NCBI GenBank assembly: GCA_049903315.1
Contig: JBNGBT010000011.1
Coordinates: 1-64,000, forward strand
Direction: 5' to 3'
Source of the DNA: Candidatus Cloacimonadota bacterium
GTDB lineage: Bacteria; Cloacimonadota; Cloacimonadia; JGIOTU-2
DNA length: 64,000 bases
Under the pieces are notes generated by a model. That model saw only the letters and a list, made by a program, of their open reading frames with translations. It had not been told where the DNA came from and made no database searches. Below, piece by piece: positions 51,753-60,686 of this stretch (within the stretch, counting starts at the first letter, position 1; each line of letters starts with the position of its first letter). Made by a program: the position numbers and the translations under genes.

Positions 51753-52211
51753 TTAATACTGAGCTAATATTTCTTTGATCTTACCTGGAGTTAATCTACC
51801 ATATGCTTTATCATTTATCATGATAACCGGTGCAAGACTGCAACAGCCAAGGCATGCGACTTCTTCGACGGTGAATTTAAGATCTTTGGTCGTACCACCT
51901 GGCTCGATTTTCAATTCTTCATAAAGCGCTTCTGAAATTTTGGGTGCATTTGCAACATGACATGCAGTACCGTGGCAAATACGGATGATGTTTTTGCCTA
52001 TCGGGTGCAAACGAAATTGAGTATAGAAAGTTGCGACGCCATAAATCTCTGCGACGGGTATTTTTGTCTTCTCTGAAATATATTCCAAGGCTTCTTTTGA
52101 AAGATATCCAAGTTGTGCCTGGGTCTTTTGAAGGATGGGAATGAGAGAACCTTTTCCGCCTTCAAATTCAATGAGTACGGCATCAATTTTGTCGAAATCA
52201 CTCTCTATCAT
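51753..52211 (-). CDS. NuoE/HydC-like 2Fe-2S subunit
   Basis: GVATFYTQF, CHGTACH and CLGCCSLAP. Confidence 0.93.
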   Translation of the reverse strand: MIESDFDKIDAVLIEFEGGKGSLIPILQKTQAQLGYLSKEALEYISEKTKIPVAEIYGVATFYTQFRLHPIGKNIIRICHGTACHVANAPKISEALYEELKIEPGGTTKDLKFTVEEVACLGCCSLAPVIMINDKAYGRLTPGKIKEILAQY

Positions 52212-52336
52212 GTATGAAGACCTCGTACTATTTTTGACACCTTGAACAGGGCTACACCTGAGCAGTCAAGTTATTTGGGAAATTGCTCTATTTCTAATGA
52301 ATTTCTCGAAAATGACTGAAAATACTGGATAAAAGA

Positions 52337-53407
52337 CTAATGGTTTGATCCGACAAAAGAAACATCATTAATCATTTCATTAGGAGCATAATCTTGTTCT
52401 GTCCACTGCTGACCTCCATTGGTAGTATAGAGGATAATACCATCACCAACACCAGTTCCAACGATCCAGACAATGTCTTTGCTTACAGGACTGACTCTAT
52501 AAAGATAAAATCCAGAAGCACTTCCGGGAACATTTTTCTGTTCAGACCATATCACTCCACCATCAGTAGTATTTCTGATAGTTCCAGTATCTTCCGCAGT
52601 CCATGCGATTTTTTCAGAGAAAGCAGTAATTCCATTTGCATCCCATGCAGGACTTACTTCTGCATGTTGAATCTCCCAGTTGATTCCAGAATCGTTGGTA
52701 TGTAATATCGTTCTCCCATGACCGACAACCCATATACAGCTATCTGATGGTGCCGAGATATCAATCATACCTCTTGCATCGAGGAAACTACTCTGTGCTT
52801 CTTTCACCCACGAATCTCCTCCATCAGTGGAATGGATGATTACCCCACCCAAATTACCTGTTCCGTTTCCGCAAGCCCAGATGTTTTGATCAAAGATTTC
52901 TATCGAAGTTAAATTGTAATCCGAATATGAAGTATCAGCTTTTGATACCCAGTTAGTACCCCCATCATCAGTTTTAATAACTGCTCCATCAGAACCTACA
53001 ATCCATATTGTATTATTATCAACAACGTGTAAACCGAGCAATTCAACATTATCCAGTACACCCCTGCTTCCAATTCGTTGCCAGGTATTACCGCCATCAA
53101 CAGTGTTAAGAATTGTAGCATAACCATCTGATACACCACCAGCTACCCATGCCGTAAGACTGTCAACAGCTTTTACTGCATTCAGTTCAGTAAGTGGAAT
53201 GGTTAGACTGTCACCCTGCCTGGCCCAATTCTGTCCACTATCAGTCGTTTTCCAGATCAATCCATATTTTGTGCCTATCCCAGGAGATCCAACGATCCAG
53301 CCAACATATTTAGTATCATTGCTTGGACTGGTGCTTTTCTCACAGCATGTGGAGATGAAGGAGAGTGTGAATGCAAACAATATAATTATCAATACTAATT
53401 TTTTCAT
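52337..53407 (-). CDS. Secreted YCF48/BNR (Asp-box) repeat beta-propeller protein
   Basis: Repeated T.DGG..W motifs. Start moved from 53503 to the ATG at 53407, which has a GGAGGA RBS and begins a signal peptide (MKKLVLIIILFAF). Confidence 0.8.
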   Translation of the reverse strand: MKKLVLIIILFAFTLSFISTCCEKSTSPSNDTKYVGWIVGSPGIGTKYGLIWKTTDSGQNWARQGDSLTIPLTELNAVKAVDSLTAWVAGGVSDGYATILNTVDGGNTWQRIGSRGVLDNVELLGLHVVDNNTIWIVGSDGAVIKTDDGGTNWVSKADTSYSDYNLTSIEIFDQNIWACGNGTGNLGGVIIHSTDGGDSWVKEAQSSFLDARGMIDISAPSDSCIWVVGHGRTILHTNDSGINWEIQHAEVSPAWDANGITAFSEKIAWTAEDTGTIRNTTDGGVIWSEQKNVPGSASGFYLYRVSPVSKDIVWIVGTGVGDGIILYTTNGGQQWTEQDYAPNEMINDVSFVGSNH

Positions 53408-53553
53408 GTGTCCTCCGGTTGGTTTATATTTACTTCTCAGAGCAATATACATGCTCCAATGTGATTGTATGTATTGAGAAATCCTGTCAATAAATTTACT
53501 CATTACGAATTGTCCTCAAAAAAAATCAGGTCTTGGATTATATTTTTAGAGTC

Positions 53554-55965
53554 TCACTCTACCGTAAAATACCTACCCACTATCTTGAGCACATTTTTCC
53601 AGCCCTTGAGCATCATTTGTACGCTTGTTCCATACAATGCTTCGACAATACCTCTGACCCCATTATAGATTTTCTTACTATAGGGATGCCACCAGATATT
53701 TTTACGTGCAAAAGGTAGGATATCATTTACAATAACCTGTGGCTGTGTCATTTCATCAAAACCGATCTTTCCATGCGTGCGTCCGATACCTGATTCCTTG
53801 AATCCGCCCCAAGGCGTTTCTGCAAGCCCGTGGCTCATCAGGTGGTCATTTATCGTCACTGCACCTGCCTTGATCTTTCTGGCTATATGAATCGCCTGTA
53901 CTTTGTTCTTCGACCAGACAGATCCTGTGAGACCGAGATTGGAATCATTCGCGAGCTCAACAGCATCTTCCATATTTTTAACTTTCATCACTGCAACGAC
54001 GGGACCGAAGCTTTCTTCAAGCATCACTTTCATTGTATGATCGACATCTGTGAGTACAGTTGCAGGATAAAAATTCTTGTATGATTTTGGAATTGCTGAT
54101 TGAGCAAAAATCTTTGCTCCTTTTTCAAGTGCATCACGAACGTGTTCCTTGACTGTTTCGACCTGACTCTGCTTGGTCATGGAACCCATATCAACATTAT
54201 AATCAGTTTCATATCCCACACGCAGGTTATCAACCTTGATTTTCAATTTGTGTAAGAATTCATCATACACTTTTTCATGTACATAAATCCTCTCGACACC
54301 TCCGCATGACTGACCCGCATTGGAGAGACCAGCCCATACTGCGCCGGTCGCAGCCCTGTAGATATCAGCGTCAGAACACACAAGCATTGCATCGTTGCCA
54401 CCGAGTTCCAGAACAAGAGGTGTAAGCGTCTCGGCAGCTTGTGCCATAAGCTTTTTTCCGATCGGAACGGAACCAGTGAAAAAAAGTTTATCTACTCCAT
54501 TATTAAGGAACGCATCTCCAGCTTCAGCCCCCGAAATGTTCACATAATTGAACACATTCTCAGGGAATCCTGCAGCACGAAAGCATTCTTCGAGTTTACG
54601 TCCGACCATCTGGGTATTGGATGCCACTTTGAGAACAACAGTATTTCCCGCAAGCAGCGCCATCACCACTTCTGAAAATGGAATGCCAAATGGATAATTC
54701 CACGGTGAGATGATTCCGATGACACCAAAAGGAGTCCTATACATTGCACTCTGTTTGTTTGAAAGCATGATGTTGCCAAACCAGATGCTTTTTCTTTTCA
54801 AAAAATTCCGTGCATGACTGCAATAATATGACAGAGCCATTGCAGCAGGAACAAGTTCTGTAGAAAGCGCATCGATCCTTGTTTTTCCATTGTCGCGCGA
54901 GATGACTTCCGCAAGCTCATCAATATGATCGATCATATATGCACGTACTCTTTTCAGGTGATCTATCTTTCTTCCAATAGGAAGTCTTGCCCATCCCTCT
55001 TGTGCGATTTTTGCTTTTTGCATGATATCTTTTATTTCGTTGGGTGTATTGAGGGTTGAGTATCCTATTATTTCTCCAGTTGTCGGATTGTACGAAGTTG
55101 TATAATTTCCACTTGGTGGTGAGAGTGTATTTCTATTCATGTGGTCGTCCTTCTTTTCTATTCTTCCGATAAATTCATCCATCGAGGCATTAATTCCAAG
55201 TATATTTGAGACAAGATCGAATATTTTAACAGGCAGTAATCGCAGAAGCCAAACTGTGTAGACAAGCAAGGGCTTCACCACTCTGCGCTTATCATATTTT
55301 ATCGCATTGAAAATTTTGCGTGCGACTTTATCTTCCTTGAGGATTGGAAGCAGAAATGAAAATCGTGATTTCACCCCCTTGAACATTCCTGTATCGATAT
55401 AATACGGACATACAACAGTAGTTTTAATATCCAGTCCAGCTTTTCGGAACTCCTGCCTGAGTGATTCATCCATGCCGAAATTAGCAAATTTAGTCGTAGA
55501 ATAGACCGAAAGATTTGCAACACCTATAATACCTGCAGCAGATGCAATTGTGACAATATGACCGCTGTTTGCCTGTCTCATTTCAGGAAGAAATGCTTTT
55601 ATTATCCAAAGGTGCGCCAGTAAGTTTATCTTAATAGTTTTCTGAATATCGTCATCGGAATATTCCCAGTAGGGTTTGCCAAAGACTACTCCTGCATTAT
55701 TCACGAGTATATCGATCTTGCCTATTTCCTTTTTTACTTTCTGGGCAATGTCGTCGATCTGTTTCTTATCAGAAACATCGCAATAATAACCAGTCGCAGT
55801 ATATCCTTTATTTTTTATTGCGCTGGTCACTTCATCAAGATGCTTCTTATTGATATCCCAGATAACGACGTGTGCTCCTTCGATAGCCATCAAGTACGCA
55901 AGCTTTTTCCCTATGCCGGAAGCTCCTCCTGTGATCAAAACATTTCTGTCTGCAATAATGCTCAT
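53554..55965 (-). CDS. Fused short-chain dehydrogenase (SDR) and aldehyde dehydrogenase
   Basis: SDR motifs TGGASGIG, NNAG and YSTTK. ALDH motifs ISPWNYP, FTGS, LELGGN, GQSCGG, EESFGP and PWGGFKESG. Confidence 0.9.
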   Translation of the reverse strand: MSIIADRNVLITGGASGIGKKLAYLMAIEGAHVVIWDINKKHLDEVTSAIKNKGYTATGYYCDVSDKKQIDDIAQKVKKEIGKIDILVNNAGVVFGKPYWEYSDDDIQKTIKINLLAHLWIIKAFLPEMRQANSGHIVTIASAAGIIGVANLSVYSTTKFANFGMDESLRQEFRKAGLDIKTTVVCPYYIDTGMFKGVKSRFSFLLPILKEDKVARKIFNAIKYDKRRVVKPLLVYTVWLLRLLPVKIFDLVSNILGINASMDEFIGRIEKKDDHMNRNTLSPPSGNYTTSYNPTTGEIIGYSTLNTPNEIKDIMQKAKIAQEGWARLPIGRKIDHLKRVRAYMIDHIDELAEVISRDNGKTRIDALSTELVPAAMALSYYCSHARNFLKRKSIWFGNIMLSNKQSAMYRTPFGVIGIISPWNYPFGIPFSEVVMALLAGNTVVLKVASNTQMVGRKLEECFRAAGFPENVFNYVNISGAEAGDAFLNNGVDKLFFTGSVPIGKKLMAQAAETLTPLVLELGGNDAMLVCSDADIYRAATGAVWAGLSNAGQSCGGVERIYVHEKVYDEFLHKLKIKVDNLRVGYETDYNVDMGSMTKQSQVETVKEHVRDALEKGAKIFAQSAIPKSYKNFYPATVLTDVDHTMKVMLEESFGPVVAVMKVKNMEDAVELANDSNLGLTGSVWSKNKVQAIHIARKIKAGAVTINDHLMSHGLAETPWGGFKESGIGRTHGKIGFDEMTQPQVIVNDILPFARKNIWWHPYSKKIYNGVRGIVEALYGTSVQMMLKGWKNVLKIVGRYFTVE

Positions 55966-56264
55966 TCGATCCTCGTTTCTGTTATTAAAAAAAAGACAGT
56001 TTATCAGTCGAAAAAAGACGTCAATAAATTCGTGAAATGATGAAATTCTATTGGCACATTTATTTTGATCTTTGAAAGCACATTCACTTAAGACATGCTC
56101 TCCGACATGTCTCAGGTAAACGTATAAGTAATTGTCATAAGCGGAAGAGTTTGTGACAAGTTCGAAATATTAGAAAATTTTGGAATAATATTTCATTTTT
56201 TTATATTGACAACTTTGATTGTGAATTTTCTTTAAACTTAATTAATTAAGGAAAATTATACAAA

Positions 56265-57125
56265 ATGACTTATAAAAAAAAGAGATTTGGTCCTGAGGAA
56301 ATTTCCAAACTCATAATCAATTTATTACAAAATAGCAAATTTATAATTACTTTATTGTACTATTTATTAATAATATCAATATCAATTATTCTTTTAATTT
56401 TTTTCATTTTTTTAGACACAAATATTGATATTAGTAAAGCAATGATAATTCCATTTATCACAGCAATTACTGCAATAATTATCTTAATTTATACAAAGGA
56501 AACTTATGAATTAAGAGTAATCGAAAGTAAAAAATATGAAAGAGAATTAAGACCAATTCTTGAGTATAAAGTCGAGCAAAGAAATGATGAAAATCCTTTT
56601 GAACTGACCCTTCTTATTCATAATAAATCGAATGAGCTAATATCATGTCTTGTAAAACTTGAATATTTTATTTTGTTAGACAATAATTCTTTTACTATTC
56701 ATAAGAAAAATCCTTGGAAGAGATTTCAGGGTAATAGAATTTGGAATATTCAATATAAACAGACGATTGAGTCAAAATTTGAAATTACTAAAGCATTCAA
56801 ATGGTATAATTCTTGGCTTGATTCCTATTATCTTTACAAATCTTCAGAAGACTATTCTTTATACATGAAATCAATCATGGAATTATCCAAATTTTATAAA
56901 CCTGATTACAATATTGAGGAAATGAGATCTTTCAAATTACTATTTAAATTTCATCTTGTTAGTTTCACTAATTCTACAAATGTTATTCCTTATATACCAA
57001 TTACATATATTATAAATATGCTTCTTGTTAATCACAATTTGGAATATTGTTTTACTAGTGAAACTCCTGCATATAAATATGATAAAATTCCTAAGTGGGC
57101 TGAAAAAATAATAAATAATTTGTGA
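56265..57125 (+). CDS. Hypothetical membrane protein, very AT-rich
   Basis: 286-aa ORF with an AAGGA RBS and two N-terminal hydrophobic segments. No recognisable motif. Confidence 0.6.
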   Translation: MTYKKKRFGPEEISKLIINLLQNSKFIITLLYYLLIISISIILLIFFIFLDTNIDISKAMIIPFITAITAIIILIYTKETYELRVIESKKYERELRPILEYKVEQRNDENPFELTLLIHNKSNELISCLVKLEYFILLDNNSFTIHKKNPWKRFQGNRIWNIQYKQTIESKFEITKAFKWYNSWLDSYYLYKSSEDYSLYMKSIMELSKFYKPDYNIEEMRSFKLLFKFHLVSFTNSTNVIPYIPITYIINMLLVNHNLEYCFTSETPAYKYDKIPKWAEKIINNL

Positions 57126-57134
57126 GGATTTCTT

Positions 57135-60056
57135 ATGAAAAAAATAACATTTTTAGTTTTTATTTTACTCCTTCCCATTCTCCTATTCTCAGATAATGCC
57201 AAGCCTTATCCCGATTATCAGAAAATAATAGAAAACACGAATCTAAATTTAAGGCAGCAGGCAGATTTCTATGAACAATTCCGAGAAATACTTGAGGACT
57301 CGAAGAATATGGATAACTATGATGTCACCTACTATAAAATAGACATCGATATAGATATTGATGCTGAGTTCATAGAATCTGAAATAACTATGCAGGCAAG
57401 GATCTGCGAGGATCAAATTGAAGAGATTGAGTTGAATTTCACGAATAATTTAACCGTCACAGATATTCAACAGAATACCACTTCTCTCATCTTCGTTCAT
57501 TCGGACGATATCATAACTATCCAACTCGATGACACATATAATACTGATGACTTGATCGAGATTACAGTATCGTATGAAGGTTATCCTGACACAAAACTCA
57601 GCGACGGCATGAAGTTTGAATCCCACAATAGTACTCCGAATGTCTTTACAATGGTGTCTCCAAAGGGTGCCAGAAAGTGGTGGGCATGTAAAGATACACC
57701 TGCAGATAAACCGGATTCTCTCGATATCTGGATCACCTATCCTGAAGAATATGTGTGCGCATCCAACGGATTACTCATCGAGCAAATCAATAATGGAGAC
57801 GATACAGTTACAGACAAATGGCACGAATCCTATCCTGTAGCAACATATCTCACTTCACTTGCGATCTCAAATTATCAAATTTACTCGCAGACGTACACGT
57901 CCGGTGATCAGACAATGCCGATCGACCACTATCTTTTTCCAGAATTGTATACTACTTGTGAAGATCTTTTTAGCATAACGCCTGATATGATAACATTTTT
58001 TGCATCTGTGTATGGTGAATATCCCTTTATTGAGGAGAAATATGGACATGCTTTATGTGCAAACCTGAGCTGTCTTGCAATGGAGCATCAAACCTGCACC
58101 TCTTTTCGAAGTGGATATGTCGGAGATCCGGGGGCAGAATCGACCATTGCACATGAGCTTTCACATCAATGGGCTGGGGACTGCCTTTCTATTGGCTCGT
58201 GGGCGCATGTGTGGCTGAAAGAGGGTTTTGCACGCTATAGTGAAGCGTTATGGGCAGAGAATTTGTACGGATCACAGGGTTTGCATGATTTCATGAATGC
58301 ACTCGATACAGGCACAAATCTCGATCCGTGCTTATACCGCGATCCTGATGGCTCTGCATCGCAAATTTTTGATATTGTGATATATTCGAAAGGAGCTTGG
58401 ACAATGCATATGCTTCGCGGCGTATTGGGAGATACTGATTACTTTTCAACCGTGTATAACCTCATGCAGGATCCGCAATTCAAATATGGAAATTTCCTTA
58501 CTGATGACCTGAGAGACATCGCTGAAAACACAAGCGGTATGGAACTCGACTGGTTCTTTAATGAGTGGTTTTATAATGAAGGACGACCCTATTATTTCTA
58601 TACAACGTATACATCTGAGATGGAAGATTCTTTGATCATTACTACTCAATCCGAAGGAACTTTCGGGCAAAATTTTGCTATGCAATTGCCAGTATGCATC
58701 AATAATATAGACTATAGTATTTTTGCTGATTCCGGTTTCTGTTATAATAAACTTCCTCTAACCGGCACACTCGATGATCTTGTGTTCGATCCGGATAACT
58801 GGGTATTGGATGGCGGATATAATGAGAAAATTCCTGTTCTTGACGAGATAGAAGCAACTCGCGGGGCAATATTACTTGTATGGAATGAATTCTTTGATCC
58901 ACAAATCGAAGGATATAATATTTACAGAAAGCAAGTTGGTGAAGAATATATAAAAATCAATGATGAGACTATTACTGATATTTCTTATTTTGATGAAAAT
59001 GTAATTACAGGAGTTGAATACTATTACAAAATCGCAGCTGTACTTGAAAGTGACACACAATATATCAGTAAATTTTCTAATGAAGTACATGGCACATCAA
59101 TTGATTTCTCACTCGATCAGGGAATACTTGTGATAGATGAGACTGATCAGATCAGTCCGGCGTTTCCGACAAATGCAGAGGTTGATTCTTTCTACCAGTA
59201 TTTGCTTCAGGGCTATGAATACACGGAGTGGGATGTCGATGATCAGGGGAGTCTCCCCCCACTTTCTGAGATGGCAAAATACAGTAGCATTGTCTGGCAT
59301 TCTGATGAGATGTTCACCTCTCAATTTATTGGTTCGGTATATCCTTTGAAAAGCTACTTTATTGCAGGAGGAAATATGTTCGTATCCGGTTGGAAACATC
59401 TTCCGGGACCTTCCGATCTTTTTGAACACTATCTCCACACTTCTTTGCCCGAATACAATTCAGACGATGATTTCACTGGTGCGTATGGTCTAGAAGGGCT
59501 ACCCTATCTCGATGTGATAGAATCCAAAGTCCCAATTGCCATGTGGGGCGATAATCTCAGCTATATTTATAAACTTTTCCCCGAAAATGATGCAGATACG
59601 ATCTTCACTTATGACTCTTCAATTGATGCTCCGGGATGGGAGGGTATGCCCTGCGCTCTGCGATTTAATGGTGAATACAATCTTTATCTTCTTGGTTTTC
59701 CATTGTATTATATGGATGAATCCGGCGCACGGCATCTTATGCAGCAAGCGATGCAAGATTTTGGAGAGGTGTATGCTGTAGATCCTCACCCTCAAGATGA
59801 AATATCGTTACGATTATTTCCAAATCCAGTAAAAGAAAATTGTATTATTTCATACTCGTTGAATCAAACGGAGATGGTTAAGCTGGGAGTGTTTAACGTA
59901 AGAGGACAACTCGTGGAAACAGTAGTATATGAGATTCAAAATGTTGGAAATCATAATCTAAATTGGCATGTTGAAAAGTTTGCATCCGGGATTTATTTAT
60001 GTAAATTAGTTATTGGTGATGCTGTTTATAATAAGAAAGTATTGATAATTAGATAA
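57135..60056 (+). CDS. Secreted M1-family zinc aminopeptidase with FN3-like domain and Por-secretion-type C-terminal tail
   Basis: Signal peptide, AMEHQT, HELSHQW-x-WLKEGFA, YSKGA, and LFPNPV...GIYLCKL...KKVLIIR. Confidence 0.9.
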   Translation: MKKITFLVFILLLPILLFSDNAKPYPDYQKIIENTNLNLRQQADFYEQFREILEDSKNMDNYDVTYYKIDIDIDIDAEFIESEITMQARICEDQIEEIELNFTNNLTVTDIQQNTTSLIFVHSDDIITIQLDDTYNTDDLIEITVSYEGYPDTKLSDGMKFESHNSTPNVFTMVSPKGARKWWACKDTPADKPDSLDIWITYPEEYVCASNGLLIEQINNGDDTVTDKWHESYPVATYLTSLAISNYQIYSQTYTSGDQTMPIDHYLFPELYTTCEDLFSITPDMITFFASVYGEYPFIEEKYGHALCANLSCLAMEHQTCTSFRSGYVGDPGAESTIAHELSHQWAGDCLSIGSWAHVWLKEGFARYSEALWAENLYGSQGLHDFMNALDTGTNLDPCLYRDPDGSASQIFDIVIYSKGAWTMHMLRGVLGDTDYFSTVYNLMQDPQFKYGNFLTDDLRDIAENTSGMELDWFFNEWFYNEGRPYYFYTTYTSEMEDSLIITTQSEGTFGQNFAMQLPVCINNIDYSIFADSGFCYNKLPLTGTLDDLVFDPDNWVLDGGYNEKIPVLDEIEATRGAILLVWNEFFDPQIEGYNIYRKQVGEEYIKINDETITDISYFDENVITGVEYYYKIAAVLESDTQYISKFSNEVHGTSIDFSLDQGILVIDETDQISPAFPTNAEVDSFYQYLLQGYEYTEWDVDDQGSLPPLSEMAKYSSIVWHSDEMFTSQFIGSVYPLKSYFIAGGNMFVSGWKHLPGPSDLFEHYLHTSLPEYNSDDDFTGAYGLEGLPYLDVIESKVPIAMWGDNLSYIYKLFPENDADTIFTYDSSIDAPGWEGMPCALRFNGEYNLYLLGFPLYYMDESGARHLMQQAMQDFGEVYAVDPHPQDEISLRLFPNPVKENCIISYSLNQTEMVKLGVFNVRGQLVETVVYEIQNVGNHNLNWHVEKFASGIYLCKLVIGDAVYNKKVLIIR

Positions 60057-60087
60057 TATAAATTTTCTCACCATCCTTAAAAAAAAA

Positions 60088-60148
60088 TGGCTCCACAGGA
60101 GGGATTTGATCCGCCAGCTGGCGGATAACAGACACCTGCTCTACCGCT
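60088..60148 (-). pseudogene. Partial tRNA-Asn copy (D-loop to CCA) carrying a palindrome substitution
   Basis: Matches 60415-60476 except for one SNP and replacement of the 17-nt ACCACTTTGTCGGGGGT by TCCGCCAGCTGGCGGA. It lacks the 5' acceptor strand. Confidence 0.85.
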
Positions 60149-60392
60149 ACGAAAAAATTTCTTCCCGAATGAATTTTCTTCCCTGATAAGATTTCAATTC
60201 CCTTTCTCTTTTCATTGCTTCTGATTTTGTTTCAAATTCTTCATGATAGACTAAATCCCAAGGAATATATTTCGCAGTCCAGCCCTGGATGCCTTGATTG
60301 TGAAAATGTAATCTTCTTTCTAAGTTGTTGGTATAACCAATATAGATCTTATCATATACGGGAGAATATAAAACATAAGTATAATATTTCAA
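60147..60392 (-). CDS. Small stand-alone GIY-YIG nuclease (SLX1/UPF0213-like)
   Basis: YTYVLYS...IYIGYTNNLERRLHFHN...EAMKRERELK. TTG start preceded by AAGGA/GGTGAG. Confidence 0.9.
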   Translation of the reverse strand: MKYYTYVLYSPVYDKIYIGYTNNLERRLHFHNQGIQGWTAKYIPWDLVYHEEFETKSEAMKRERELKSYQGRKFIREEIFS

Positions 60393-60414
60393 ATCTCACC
60401 ATCCTTAAAAAAAA

Positions 60415-60489
60415 TGGCTCCACAGGAGGGATTTGAACCCCCGACAAAGTGGTTAACAGCCACCTGCTCTACCGCTGAGCTACTGTGGA
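60415..60489 (-). tRNA. tRNA-Asn (GTT)
   Basis: Folds as TCCACAG-TA-GCTC-AGCGGTA-GAGC-A-GGTGG-CT-GTT-AA-CCACT-TTGTC-GGGGG-TTCAAAT-CCCTC-CTGTGGA-G-CCA. Confidence 0.96.
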
Positions 60490-60609
60490 ACGTAGTGGAG
60501 ACTTACATCCAGTGACCGCTCCTTAGTGTCAAGAAAATCAAGACCTATTTATATATAAAAACTAATTTAACCTTTAATAAAATTTCTTATCCCTTACAAA
60601 CCTAACACA

Positions 60610-60686
60610 CTCCACAGGAGGGATTTGAACCCCGTCCGCCAGCTGGCGGATAACAGCCACCTGCTCTATCGCTGAGCTACTGTGGA
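60610..60686 (-). pseudogene. Degenerate full-length tRNA-Asn copy carrying the same palindrome
   Basis: Matches the intact gene except D-loop GG>GA, no CCA, one fewer G in the T-stem, and TCCGCCAGCTGGCGGA (60635-60650) replacing ACCACTTTGT. Confidence 0.85.

Noticed and set aside
51726..51756. TGGTT-containing short repeats between the nuoE-like and nuoF-like genes, and AATTC-rich runs near 7790-7820
   Set aside because: They are low-complexity, imperfect and too short to support a call.
53408..53503. N-terminal extension of the BNR-repeat ORF given in the track
   Set aside because: The ATG at 53407 has a GGAGGA RBS and starts a signal peptide, and the extension contains a TTGACA promoter-like element.
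56091..56112. Hairpin AGACATG/CATGTCT in the divergent intergenic region
   Set aside because: It has only a 7-bp stem, occurs once, and cannot be distinguished from chance or an ordinary operator.
52337..60056. Integrative island downstream of tRNA-Asn
   Set aside because: The genes look accessory, but I saw no integrase and no distal tRNA 3' repeat beyond 60066.
60610..60686. Palindrome read as a tRNA intron at canonical position 37/38
   Set aside because: It replaces the 3' anticodon strand and variable loop instead of being a pure insertion, so removing it would not restore a tRNA. No bulge-helix-bulge or group I features are present.
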